From a virus (Duplodnaviria > Caudoviricetes), in IMG/VR virus record IMGVR_UViG_3300030708_000492, positions 1 through 37,127 of that record: a stretch of 37,127 nt of DNA. One strand, 5' to 3'. Below the pieces are notes generated by a model that saw only the letters and a list, made by a program, of their open reading frames with translations, searched no databases and was not told the DNA's origin. Below are positions 7,949 through 16,986 of this stretch, in pieces. The translations under genes and the position numbers were made by a program. Positions within the stretch are counted from its first letter, which is position 1, and each line of letters starts with the position of its first letter.

Positions 7949-10342
7949 ATGGCAAACCAAAATTTAAGAGTTAACATACAGGGTAATGCTACTGGTTTAA
8001 CAAGTGCTTTAAAAACAGCGCAAGGAAAATTAAAATCTTTTGGAAGTAAACTACAATCACTTGGAAATTCTTTACAAGCAATTGCAGTGCCTATGGGTCT
8101 TATTGGTGGTGCTGGTATAAAAATGGCAATGGACTTTGATAAGTCAATGACTAAAATCAAAGCGCTTGTAGGACTTAGCACACAACAAGTTGATCAATTA
8201 GCGGCACATACTAGAAAAATGGCTCTTGAAACAGGTATATCAAGTCAAGAGGCAGGCGAAGCATTATTCTTTATTACATCAGCTGGTTTGCGTGGCAAAG
8301 ATGCAATGGAGGCGCTTGAAATGGCAACAAAAGCAGCTGCATCTGGATTGGGCGAAACAGCTACAATTGCAGATTTGGCAACATCAGCCATGAATGCATA
8401 TGGTGTCGAAAATCTTAATGCAACACAAGCTACAGATGTGTTAACAGCAGCTGTAAGATTGGGTAAATTAGCGCCTGATGAACTTGCTGGCGCCATGGGT
8501 AGTGTAATTCCAATTGCATCAAACATGGGTATAGAGTTTCACGAAGTTGGAGCTGCTATGGCCGCAATGTCAAAAACAGGTACAAATGCCGCTTCTGCCG
8601 CTACGCAGTTAAATGCTATTATGTTGGGTATAACTTCCCCAGCTGAAGAATCACGTGCAAAGTTAGCACAACTTGGAATGACATTTGAACAATTAGAACA
8701 AGCTGTTGGCCAGGATGGTTTAATGCCAACACTCGCAATGTTAAAAGAACGAATGAGTGGTACTGATGTAATCATGAAAGATTTGTTTAAAAATATACGT
8801 GCATATAAAGGGGTTCTTGATTTAACAGGCGCATCAATGCAAGACAACGTAGCGTTAGCTGATGAAATGACTAGATCACACGGCGCAACTGAAAAAGCAT
8901 TTAAAACAACAGCAGATTCTGCTAGTCATCAGTTTAAACGATCTTTAAACAGTGCAAAAGAAACTTTAACAAGTTTGGGACAACAACTACTAGTTGGAGT
9001 AGTGCCTATATTAGAAAAAGCGGCAGGGTTTGTAAGAAATTTATATAAACGTTTTACTGAATTAGAGCCAGCAACGCAAAAAATAACAATGGCAGTTGGA
9101 TTACTGACAGTTGCGTTGCCTACATTGATAACAATAATCGGTGGTTTAATTAAAGTTCTTGCAGTTGTTTTTTCAACAGCAGGTTTAGTTGTTGCAGTTT
9201 TAGGTGGTATTGCATACGTTATATATACACAATGGGACGGAATTAAAAAAATTCTAGTTGACATAGCAAATTATTTTATCGACTTGTATAATGAATCAGA
9301 ACTTTTTGCTACTATAATACACGTTATTGGCGCTAATTTTAAATCTATGTTTCAAATTGGCAAACTTGCAATTACAACTTTAGTTGATGCATTTAAAAGT
9401 GGTTTAGGAATAATAAAAGATTTATTTAGTGGTTTAGGTGGTATTATAAAAGGCGTTTTGACTTTTGACATGGATGAAATTAAATCTGGTGTCAAAAAAA
9501 TGGGTCAAGCAATCACAAAAAACTTCAAAGAAAGTATTGAAAGAAATAAAGGTTTTTTAACAAAATCAGCTGAAATTTTCCATAACAATACTGTTGACGC
9601 ATTTAATAAAGCAAAAGGAAGAAAAAAAATTGAACTAGTTACTGAAGATGACGTTGATGCAGGTGTTGACTTTTTAAAAGACAAAATAACTGGTGTTAAA
9701 GACAAACTTGTTGGAATGTTAGATTTTGGCACTGGTGGAACTGGTGGCGCAGACACGACAGATGACAGCACATCTATATTAGAAAAAGCAGTTGGCACTG
9801 ACGAAGATGAAAATGCAGCTAATGAAAAAATAAACAGATTTGTAGAAGCAATTAAAAATTTAGGTTTAAGTGTTGACGCAATTATGTCTGCTGTTGGTGA
9901 TTCTTTAATGGGAGCATTTACAGCAATGTTAGACGGAGAAAATTTTGTCAAAACACTAGGTAACGCACTAAAACAAATAATAAAACAATTAATAGCTGCA
10001 GCTATGGCTGCTCTTGCACTATCAGTCATTTTAGGTGGTTTAGGTATTGGCACTTTTCAGGGTGGAGGTACTGGTTTTAAAGACATATTTGGTAAACTTT
10101 CTGGATTCGGAACATTTGCAAATGGCGGAATTGTTAGCGCACCAACAATGGGTTTAATGGGCGAATATCCTGGCGCTAAATCCAATCCTGAAGTTATTGC
10201 GCCATTAGACAAATTAAAAAACATGATTGGCAACACTACAGGAAAACAACAAGTTCAAGTTGGCGGTTCATTTGAAATACGTGGACAAGATTTGGTTGTA
10301 GCACTTGAACGAGCAAACAGCACACGTAACAGATTAATTTAA
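7949..10342 (+). CDS. Tape measure protein (TP901-family core)
   Basis: 797 aa, Ala/Gly-rich helical sequence, AMDFDKSM..., hydrophobic segment, C-terminal FANGGIV.APTMGLMGEY...NPEVIAPL. Confidence 0.92.
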   Translation: MANQNLRVNIQGNATGLTSALKTAQGKLKSFGSKLQSLGNSLQAIAVPMGLIGGAGIKMAMDFDKSMTKIKALVGLSTQQVDQLAAHTRKMALETGISSQEAGEALFFITSAGLRGKDAMEALEMATKAAASGLGETATIADLATSAMNAYGVENLNATQATDVLTAAVRLGKLAPDELAGAMGSVIPIASNMGIEFHEVGAAMAAMSKTGTNAASAATQLNAIMLGITSPAEESRAKLAQLGMTFEQLEQAVGQDGLMPTLAMLKERMSGTDVIMKDLFKNIRAYKGVLDLTGASMQDNVALADEMTRSHGATEKAFKTTADSASHQFKRSLNSAKETLTSLGQQLLVGVVPILEKAAGFVRNLYKRFTELEPATQKITMAVGLLTVALPTLITIIGGLIKVLAVVFSTAGLVVAVLGGIAYVIYTQWDGIKKILVDIANYFIDLYNESELFATIIHVIGANFKSMFQIGKLAITTLVDAFKSGLGIIKDLFSGLGGIIKGVLTFDMDEIKSGVKKMGQAITKNFKESIERNKGFLTKSAEIFHNNTVDAFNKAKGRKKIELVTEDDVDAGVDFLKDKITGVKDKLVGMLDFGTGGTGGADTTDDSTSILEKAVGTDEDENAANEKINRFVEAIKNLGLSVDAIMSAVGDSLMGAFTAMLDGENFVKTLGNALKQIIKQLIAAAMAALALSVILGGLGIGTFQGGGTGFKDIFGKLSGFGTFANGGIVSAPTMGLMGEYPGAKSNPEVIAPLDKLKNMIGNTTGKQQVQVGGSFEIRGQDLVVALERANSTRNRLI

Positions 10343-12351
10343 TGGCATACGGAGTAAAATATCGTTTAGAATTTAGTGACGTTTTAACTAAAGTAAAAAA
10401 AATTGAAATTTGGAAAGATGGTTATTCAGGGGCAGTTCTTGACATGGTCGGACAAGCAGAACCTGTTGTTATAAAATGGAATGCAAATGATGACCCATAT
10501 AATTCGCCAATAATAGGTTCAGTTTGCACATTAAATTTATTTACAACAGACACTGTTACTTATGATAATTTTTATGAACATGACGAAAGAGAATATAAAG
10601 TAAAAATTTCATATAAAGACAGTTCAAATGTTTATCGAACTTATTGGATTGGCTGGTTAGTTGTTGACAGATTTAAAGAACAGTATAAAGCAAACCCTGT
10701 AGCATTTAGTTTAAATGCGTATGACGGTTTAGGAACTCTTGATAATTTTGACGCACCAATAGGGACAAGTCCATTTAATGAAGCAACAGGAATAACAAAT
10801 TCAACAAGAATAGCAACAATTCTTGCTAATTTAAATTTAGGTTTAGAAATATATGTTCAAGCTGATTTAATGGTTAGCTTTGGAAGTTACCCGAAACGTA
10901 AAAACGTTATGAGTGATACACTTATAACAAATGGTCGGAATGAATTACTTAATAAATTTGATCTACCAACTTGTAAAAAACAACTCGAAGCAATACTTAG
11001 CAATTACAACTGTCGTATTTTTCAATCTTATGGGCGTTGGTACATATTAGAAAATTCAAATATATTTGACGCAAATGTTAAATCAAGTATTTATTCAACA
11101 GCAAATGGAGGGACAACTCCAACAGGAATACAATCTAGTATTACAGCTCAATTAGTCAGCGCAAATGATGAAGTAATACAAACTGACATTTATAATTCAT
11201 CTGGCGTTTATCAATCGAGCACAAATGAATCAGTTTTAAAAACAGTTCCAACAAATTTAAAAAACATTGGAGGCGATTTAATACGTGAATATATACAACC
11301 ACTAAACGAAGCAAAATATAAATTCTCCACAACACAAAACAACTGTTATGAATATACTCGTAACATAGGTTTTGAGTACGGCACATATGGTTGGGTTTTA
11401 TCAAGTTACGCATCATTAACAACAGATGATTTTACAGAACAAGGACGCAAAGCAATAAAATTTGTAAATGCGCCAACATCTGGTGAAACTCTTGTATTTA
11501 ATTCAGATTATGCTGGTCAAACTGCAAAATCTTGGAACTATTATTATACAGGAACTACAGCACAATTTGGAGTTTTTGCAGAAAAAAATGAAAACAGTGT
11601 TTCAAGTTTTACAGTGCAAGTAAGAATTGTTGCTGATAGATCGCCAAACTTCCATTATTGGGACGATGAAAACAGTACATGGACTACAACTGAAACCACT
11701 ATAACAAGAACAGTTGAAGTGTTTAACAATTGGCAAGTTTTAAGCATACCATTTACTGGAACAGGATATCCAACTAATTTTACTGGTATTCAAATAGGCG
11801 TACAAGTTTTAAATTGTACTTATTCTGGTACAGGAATACAGAACATTTATTTTGACAATGTTGGTATTTTAGGTAATTATTTTAAACCTTCAGGATTGTC
11901 AGCAGCAGCTAACGACAATAGACAATTGCCGAGTGCATACATAGAGTTTGCAAAAAGAAGTTCAACGTCAAGTGTTTACAGTGATGAAAAAACAATAACA
12001 GGAACTTATTATTTTAGCACTGGAAATGGATTGCCTACAACATATGTTTATAAAAGAACACGTGATACAGATGTAAAACCTATGTATCATAGACATTTAC
12101 AAAATATATTAAATGATTATAGAACGTTTTTAGTACGTTATGAAGGAACTTTCCGCAACATGGACAATAGTCCTGTCAGCATTCATAACAGAATATGGTT
12201 TAATTTCGGAACGTCAATTGCACAAGACCCACAAAGTTGTTACATTGACGGTTTAACTTATAACATAAAATCAGCAAGCGCAAAAGTGATAGCTCATTTA
12301 CCAAATAGTGATGATGATATTAGTTGTATCTTTAGAATAACGAGTGAATAA
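10342..12351 (+). CDS. Tail tip/baseplate hub structural protein
   Basis: 669 aa, coupled to the tape measure gene (TAATG); beta-rich with a possible jelly-roll insert (NIGFEYG...W...YFDNV). Confidence 0.7.
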   Translation: MAYGVKYRLEFSDVLTKVKKIEIWKDGYSGAVLDMVGQAEPVVIKWNANDDPYNSPIIGSVCTLNLFTTDTVTYDNFYEHDEREYKVKISYKDSSNVYRTYWIGWLVVDRFKEQYKANPVAFSLNAYDGLGTLDNFDAPIGTSPFNEATGITNSTRIATILANLNLGLEIYVQADLMVSFGSYPKRKNVMSDTLITNGRNELLNKFDLPTCKKQLEAILSNYNCRIFQSYGRWYILENSNIFDANVKSSIYSTANGGTTPTGIQSSITAQLVSANDEVIQTDIYNSSGVYQSSTNESVLKTVPTNLKNIGGDLIREYIQPLNEAKYKFSTTQNNCYEYTRNIGFEYGTYGWVLSSYASLTTDDFTEQGRKAIKFVNAPTSGETLVFNSDYAGQTAKSWNYYYTGTTAQFGVFAEKNENSVSSFTVQVRIVADRSPNFHYWDDENSTWTTTETTITRTVEVFNNWQVLSIPFTGTGYPTNFTGIQIGVQVLNCTYSGTGIQNIYFDNVGILGNYFKPSGLSAAANDNRQLPSAYIEFAKRSSTSSVYSDEKTITGTYYFSTGNGLPTTYVYKRTRDTDVKPMYHRHLQNILNDYRTFLVRYEGTFRNMDNSPVSIHNRIWFNFGTSIAQDPQSCYIDGLTYNIKSASAKVIAHLPNSDDDISCIFRITSE

Positions 12352-12377
12352 GAACTTGCTTTCCTTTTCTGTTTGCA

Positions 12378-12414
12378 GACCGTCATAACTTTTTTTAGTT
12401 GTGGCGGTTTTTTT
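12378..12414 (+). terminator. Intrinsic terminator ending the tail operon
   Basis: Stem ACCGTCATAACT-T6-AGTTGTGGCGGT followed by a T-run. Confidence 0.85.
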
Positions 12415-12426
12415 ATAAATATTTTT

Positions 12427-12457
12427 TTTGTTTTATTGAAAATAAATTTTAACTTTG
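12427..12457 (+). promoter_or_regulatory. Bacteroidota sigma70 promoter (-33/-7) for the replication module
   Basis: TTTG (12427-30), a 19-nt spacer, then TAACTTTG (12450-57): canonical geometry. Confidence 0.8.
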
Positions 12458-12481
12458 TAAACTAATATTAAAAATATATAC

Positions 12482-12709
12482 ATGGTAAAAACAGCATTTA
12501 TAAATGATTTAAAACGTTTAAGATACAAGCGTTATGATGTGTGTTCTATGTTACAATGCACAATGCCAACATTGAAATCAAGAATAAATAATCCAGAAAC
12601 TTTTACAATTAATGAAATAGTAGTTTTAAAAGATAATGGTTTTTATTCTTTATGCGAGAAATTAATAAATATAATATATGATGAAAACAGTAAAAATTCA
12701 AAACAATGA
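12482..12709 (+). CDS. Small HTH DNA-binding protein (Cro/XRE-like)
   Basis: RYDVCSMLQCTMPTLKSRINNPETFTINEI resembles an HTH; first gene after the promoter. Confidence 0.65.
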   Translation: MVKTAFINDLKRLRYKRYDVCSMLQCTMPTLKSRINNPETFTINEIVVLKDNGFYSLCEKLINIIYDENSKNSKQ

Positions 12710-13157
12710 TTACATTGAAGTTAATGAACGATTAAAACATTTTAGAAAAAATTATAATGATCATTCATTAACAACAGAAGTTTTAGAAAAAACAGAAAAT
12801 TCAATAATGATTCTTGCAACTATAAAAAACAAAGATGGTTTTATTCTTGCAACAGGTTTAGCTGAAGAAATTAAAGGCAGTTCAAAAGTCAATAAAACTT
12901 CACATGTCGAAAATTGTGAAACAAGTGCTTGGGGTCGAGCATTAGCAAATTTTGGCATAGGCATCGACACTAGTGTTGCAAGTGCAAATGAAGTAAGAAA
13001 CGCAAAAGAACAACAACAAAGCAAAAAATGGTTAACTGAAAGTCAATTTCAAGCAACGTTAAAAGGTTCAAAAAAAGAAGCAGAAAATGTAATAAATCTT
13101 TTTAAAATGAAAAAAGAGTACAAAGAACAAATAATTAATAAATTTAAAATTAAATAA
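12678..13157 (+). CDS. Single-strand annealing protein-like (Rad52/Sak-type)
   Basis: YIEVNERL..F...ATG.AEE...NKTSHVENCETSAWGRAL..GIGI; clustered with SSB and exonuclease genes. Confidence 0.6.
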   Translation: MMKTVKIQNNDYIEVNERLKHFRKNYNDHSLTTEVLEKTENSIMILATIKNKDGFILATGLAEEIKGSSKVNKTSHVENCETSAWGRALANFGIGIDTSVASANEVRNAKEQQQSKKWLTESQFQATLKGSKKEAENVINLFKMKKEYKEQIINKFKIK

Positions 13158-13158
13158 A

Positions 13159-13446
13159 ATGACAGACAAAAAAACACTTTATGTTGGTGGTATTAGATTT
13201 TTTCAAGCAAATGAAAATGCGCCACAGAATTTAGTAGCAAACGTTTTAATAACGCCAAAATTATTAGGTGATGCATTACGTCAAGACGGTTTAGAAAATG
13301 CAAAAACCGAGTATCAGGGCAACGAACAATATCGTGCCACGTTATGGAAAAACGAAGATGGAAGTTATTCCATGAGTTTCAACACATACAAAGCAGAAAA
13401 CAAAGTTGAGCAAGTAGCAGAAAATGGTGATGATTTACCATTTTAA
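13159..13446 (+). CDS. Putative single-stranded DNA-binding protein
   Basis: Acidic C-terminal tail DDLPF; next to the SSAP gene. Confidence 0.6.
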   Translation: MTDKKTLYVGGIRFFQANENAPQNLVANVLITPKLLGDALRQDGLENAKTEYQGNEQYRATLWKNEDGSYSMSFNTYKAENKVEQVAENGDDLPF

Positions 13447-13453
13447 TTTAACT

Positions 13454-13482
13454 AAAGGGCAGCAATTATGTTGCCCTTTTTT
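13454..13482 (+). terminator. Intrinsic terminator
   Basis: AAAGGGCAGCA-ATTA-TGTTGCCCTTT followed by TTT. Confidence 0.8.
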
Positions 13483-13493
13483 AATTAATAATT

Positions 13494-13763
13494 ATGTCAA
13501 AAACGAAAGTAAAAACACCAGAATATTATAACGGAAGAAACAATTACACAGCTAAGGAAGTTGTAGATAATTTTAACTTGAATTATCATCTAGGAACAGC
13601 ATGTACATACATTTTACGTGCATATAAAAAACATGAAAACCCAGATGAAGATATACAAAAAGCAATTGATCATTTAACATTTGAACTAGAAAGGTTAAAT
13701 TATATAAAACAATATAATAGAAATCGTGATTTTTCTGATCACATAATAGCAGGAACAGAATGA
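13494..13763 (+). CDS. DUF3310-family protein (T7 gp1.7-like domain)
   Basis: P.YY...F.LNYHLG.A..YI.RA.KK....EDI.KAI..L..E pattern. Confidence 0.75.
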   Translation: MSKTKVKTPEYYNGRNNYTAKEVVDNFNLNYHLGTACTYILRAYKKHENPDEDIQKAIDHLTFELERLNYIKQYNRNRDFSDHIIAGTE

Positions 13764-13882
13764 TAACAAATAAACGACATTTAGATAGTAAAGATTTTAC
13801 TATTGACTTTTTAGCACAAAGAGTTAAAGCATTAGAAAACGAAATAAAAAAATTAAAAAATGAAAACAGCAAAAGACAGTAA
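13760..13882 (+). CDS. Small coiled-coil hypothetical protein (40 aa, not in track)
   Basis: MITNKRHLDSKDFTIDFLAQRVKALENEIKKLKNENSKRQ; ATGA overlap with the upstream stop, fills the gap. Confidence 0.65.
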   Translation: MITNKRHLDSKDFTIDFLAQRVKALENEIKKLKNENSKRQ

Positions 13883-14615
13883 CGAAGATTATCATGCAAG
13901 TCCAGGCATTAGTGCATCTGGATTAAAAATGATATATAAAGAATCAGTAAAAAAATATTTGACACGTAAACACGTAGAAACTAAAGCAATGGCATTTGGT
14001 ACAGCTGTGCATAGTGCAATTTTAGAGCCAGATCAATTTCAATGTGAATATTTAGTTTTGCCTAAAATAGATAGGCGCACAACTGAAGGCAAAGCAGAGT
14101 ATGATTCATATATGAAAATATCAAAAAAGAAAACATTATTATCTGCTGAAGATTATAATGTTATAAACGAAATAAACAAAAATTTAAAAAAAAATAAATT
14201 AGCACAATATTATTTAAAAGGTCAAACTGAAGTTTCACATTACGGAAAACATAATGACGTTGATGTTAGAGTGCGTCCAGACGTGATAAATAAGCATAAA
14301 GATTTTATAGCTGATATAAAAACATGTCGTAACAATTCGCCAATAAATTTTAGTTATGACGTAAAAAAATACGCATATCATTTACAGGCAGCGTTTTATA
14401 TGGATATGTTAAAAATAAATCATTTTAGATTTATTACTGTCGAAACCACTTACCCGTATAATGTGGAAGTTTACGCATTAAGCAAAGAAAAAATACAAGA
14501 AGGACGTCAAGCATGGCAACAAGCATTTAGAGATTATCAAATGTATCTTGAAACAGGCGTTAAAACTAGTTACAATTGGCACACATACGCAAACGACGGA
14601 AGTTATTTAATATGA
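13860..14615 (+). CDS. RecE/exonuclease VIII-like PD-(D/E)XK nuclease (DUF3799-like)
   Basis: YHA..GISASGL...FGTAVHSAILEP...RPD...DIKT...Y.YHLQAAFY. Confidence 0.85.
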   Translation: MKTAKDSNEDYHASPGISASGLKMIYKESVKKYLTRKHVETKAMAFGTAVHSAILEPDQFQCEYLVLPKIDRRTTEGKAEYDSYMKISKKKTLLSAEDYNVINEINKNLKKNKLAQYYLKGQTEVSHYGKHNDVDVRVRPDVINKHKDFIADIKTCRNNSPINFSYDVKKYAYHLQAAFYMDMLKINHFRFITVETTYPYNVEVYALSKEKIQEGRQAWQQAFRDYQMYLETGVKTSYNWHTYANDGSYLI

Positions 14616-14992
14616 AAAAAGTAAGAGCAATTATTGAGAAATTTTATGGTATAGATTTATCTCTGCCAAGTAGAAAAAGAACGTATGTTTATCCTAGATA
14701 TATTTATTTTTATATATGCTATCATAATTTAAATATGACATATTATAAAATAGCACAATCAGTAAATAAAAATCATGCAACTGTTTTATATGGAGTAAGA
14801 GAATTGCCTTACATTATGAAATATGATAAAAAAGTTAGTCAAGATTTTCAGTTTATAAAAATATTATGCAAACAACATCATGTAAAAATGTCTGTTGATC
14901 TGTCAACTTTAGTAAAAAAATATAACGATTTATTATTAAAATTTGACAAATTAGAATCAGCATATAATGATTTAAAACAAAAAATAAATTAA
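14612..14992 (+). CDS. DnaA domain-IV-like HTH protein
   Basis: SRKR.YV.PR...IAQSVNKNHATVLYG resembles the DnaA C-terminal (R)DHTTV motif; ATGA-coupled start at 14612. Confidence 0.7.
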   Translation: MKKVRAIIEKFYGIDLSLPSRKRTYVYPRYIYFYICYHNLNMTYYKIAQSVNKNHATVLYGVRELPYIMKYDKKVSQDFQFIKILCKQHHVKMSVDLSTLVKKYNDLLLKFDKLESAYNDLKQKIN

Positions 14993-15006
14993 TTTTATAA
15001 ATAAAA

Positions 15007-15384
15007 TTGAAAGCTAACCCGTTTGAAAAATATTTAACAAAAGAAGATAAACTACAACATAGAATAATAAGTTATTTGAAGTATCAATATCCAAACTTGT
15101 TATTTGCACATGTTCCAAACGAGGGTAAACGAACAGTATTTGAACGTTATAAATTTAAATATTTAGGAGGTAAATCAGGCATTCCAGATTTATTAATATT
15201 TTATACTAATAAAAAATATTCTGGACTTGCCATTGAATTAAAAGTTGGTTACAATAAACCAACAGCAAACCAAAAAGAATGGTTAAAACAATTAAACACT
15301 AATAATTGGTTAGCTGTATGGAGTAACAACTATGATGAATGTATTAACATAATACAAAAATATTTAAACAATGAGCAAATATAA
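15007..15384 (+). CDS. VRR-NUC domain nuclease
   Basis: E..LQ...HVPNEGKR...G.KSGIPDL...IELK...P...Q..W; TTG start. Confidence 0.85.
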   Translation: MKANPFEKYLTKEDKLQHRIISYLKYQYPNLLFAHVPNEGKRTVFERYKFKYLGGKSGIPDLLIFYTNKKYSGLAIELKVGYNKPTANQKEWLKQLNTNNWLAVWSNNYDECINIIQKYLNNEQI

Positions 15385-15619
15385 TTACGTTTATTTTGAC
15401 GCCGACAATCAAAAAGTTAGATGGACGCAAAATGTAACAGAACAAATTGATATTAATTACGAATATATAGGAAAAATGACACGTGTTGAATTTGATTTAT
15501 TAGTTGAAGTTCTTTGGGAAGTTTTTGAAGATCAAGACATTGAATTAAAAGATTTTGCAAAATATTATAAAGACATACGAATATTTTGTGATAAACTAAA
15601 AGTCATTATAGATAAATAA
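15371..15619 (+). CDS. Hypothetical protein
   Basis: 82 aa ORF tightly packed within the operon. Confidence 0.65.
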   Translation: MSKYNYVYFDADNQKVRWTQNVTEQIDINYEYIGKMTRVEFDLLVEVLWEVFEDQDIELKDFAKYYKDIRIFCDKLKVIIDK

Positions 15620-16471
15620 ATGAAGATAAATAAAATTATAAAACCAAAACGTTTCACACGTTTTGTTATAGTTCCGTCGGCAATATTTAGACACAAAAAC
15701 ATTACTACATCAGCCACAGGTTTATATTGCTGGTTATTTTCACATGATGATAAACAAGAAATAACAGTAAGTTTTATTGAAAAACATTTTAAAGATGGAC
15801 GTGTTTCAATAAACACAAAATTAAAAGAATTAATTACAGCTGGGTTTCTTATACGTGATAGAGTAAGAGAAAAAGGAAAATTTATTGGCACTAATTACAT
15901 ATTACATGATGTGCCACAACACAAAAAACCACAAACGGAAAAACCACGTGTGGTCAATCCACAACAAAGTAATATAAATAATAATATATATAATAAAAGT
16001 AATATAAATACAAAAGCTAAAAAATACAATAAGAGAGTTGAAAACGCTTTTGAATATTTTGTTGAATTATTTCCAGAAAAAAATCGCCCAAGAACGAATG
16101 CACAAAAAAACAAATGGTTAGATTGTTTAGACAAAATACATAGAATAGACAAATATGATCTTGGTCAAGTTTATTTAAAATGCAAAGAATTAAGAAACGA
16201 CAGTTTTTGGCAAAATAATTTTTTGTCAATTTTAAAATTACGTAACGTAGATAAAAACGGTACTAAATACATAGATCGATTTATGTATAAAAAACAAATT
16301 ACTGTAAATGATATAAAAAAGAAAATACCGGGAGCCATTAAATTTTATAAATATTTTGACCCTTTAGGACAAGAAATAATTGGCGCAAAAACTATTAATG
16401 GCGACATTAATTTTGAAATATTACAAACAATGTTAACTGATGAAGAAATAAATATAATTTTAAATGATTAA
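15620..16471 (+). CDS. Replication initiator/replisome organiser (N-terminal winged HTH)
   Basis: F.IVP...A.GLY..L.S...G..S....LKEL..AGF, then Pro-x4 repeats and an Asn-rich linker as in lambda O-like initiators. Confidence 0.7.
   Translation: MKINKIIKPKRFTRFVIVPSAIFRHKNITTSATGLYCWLFSHDDKQEITVSFIEKHFKDGRVSINTKLKELITAGFLIRDRVREKGKFIGTNYILHDVPQHKKPQTEKPRVVNPQQSNINNNIYNKSNINTKAKKYNKRVENAFEYFVELFPEKNRPRTNAQKNKWLDCLDKIHRIDKYDLGQVYLKCKELRNDSFWQNNFLSILKLRNVDKNGTKYIDRFMYKKQITVNDIKKKIPGAIKFYKYFDPLGQEIIGAKTINGDINFEILQTMLTDEEINIILND
15914..16015. other. Candidate replication origin inside the initiator gene
   Basis: CCAC at 15914, 15929, 15944 and 15959 (15-bp period), then an AT-rich tract with AAAGTAATATAAATA repeated at 15966 and 15996. 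Confidence 0.55.
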
Positions 16472-16967
16472 AAAAAATCAAATTTTTACACTAGATAAAT
16501 TAGAACAGAAAATTGTTTACACTATTGCAAACGAAAGACAAATAAATAAAGAAAAAACAGGTTGGAATGGTTATCGTACAGTAGCAAAAAAAAATGACGT
16601 CAATTTAAATTTAGTTGGGTTTGGCGCTGAATTTATATTTTGTAGAGAATTAAATTTATTTCCTGATTTTACAATTTTAAATACTTCTAAAACATTAGGC
16701 ACAGACAAATATGATTGTATTTATAAAAATTTTACAGTTGATGTTAAAGTAAACAGAAACGTTAACAACCCTTTAATGATTCCAGAATATGCAAAGACAA
16801 ATTGTAAATTGTTCGCACTGTTTGTTTGTAAATTTCCTAAATATAGATTTGAAGGTTTTGCAACAAACAAAATGATATTTCAAAAAAATAATTTACGCAT
16901 GACTAGAGTTCAATCATACGTATTAAATAAAAAATACTTATTAGATTTTGACGAATTAAATTTATAA
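16464..16967 (+). CDS. Hypothetical protein, possible PD-(D/E)XK fold
   Basis: G.GAE...D.YD.....VDVK pattern. Confidence 0.5.
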   Translation: MIKKNQIFTLDKLEQKIVYTIANERQINKEKTGWNGYRTVAKKNDVNLNLVGFGAEFIFCRELNLFPDFTILNTSKTLGTDKYDCIYKNFTVDVKVNRNVNNPLMIPEYAKTNCKLFALFVCKFPKYRFEGFATNKMIFQKNNLRMTRVQSYVLNKKYLLDFDELNL

Positions 16968-16986
16968 ATTTACTAAAACGAATAAA

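Noticed and set aside
13438-13449. 12-nt complement between the SSB 3' end and the 30653 start (30645-30656)
   Set aside because: It is forced by the conserved PF-stop codons. It shows that such matches can arise by chance, which is the caveat on the sRNA findings.
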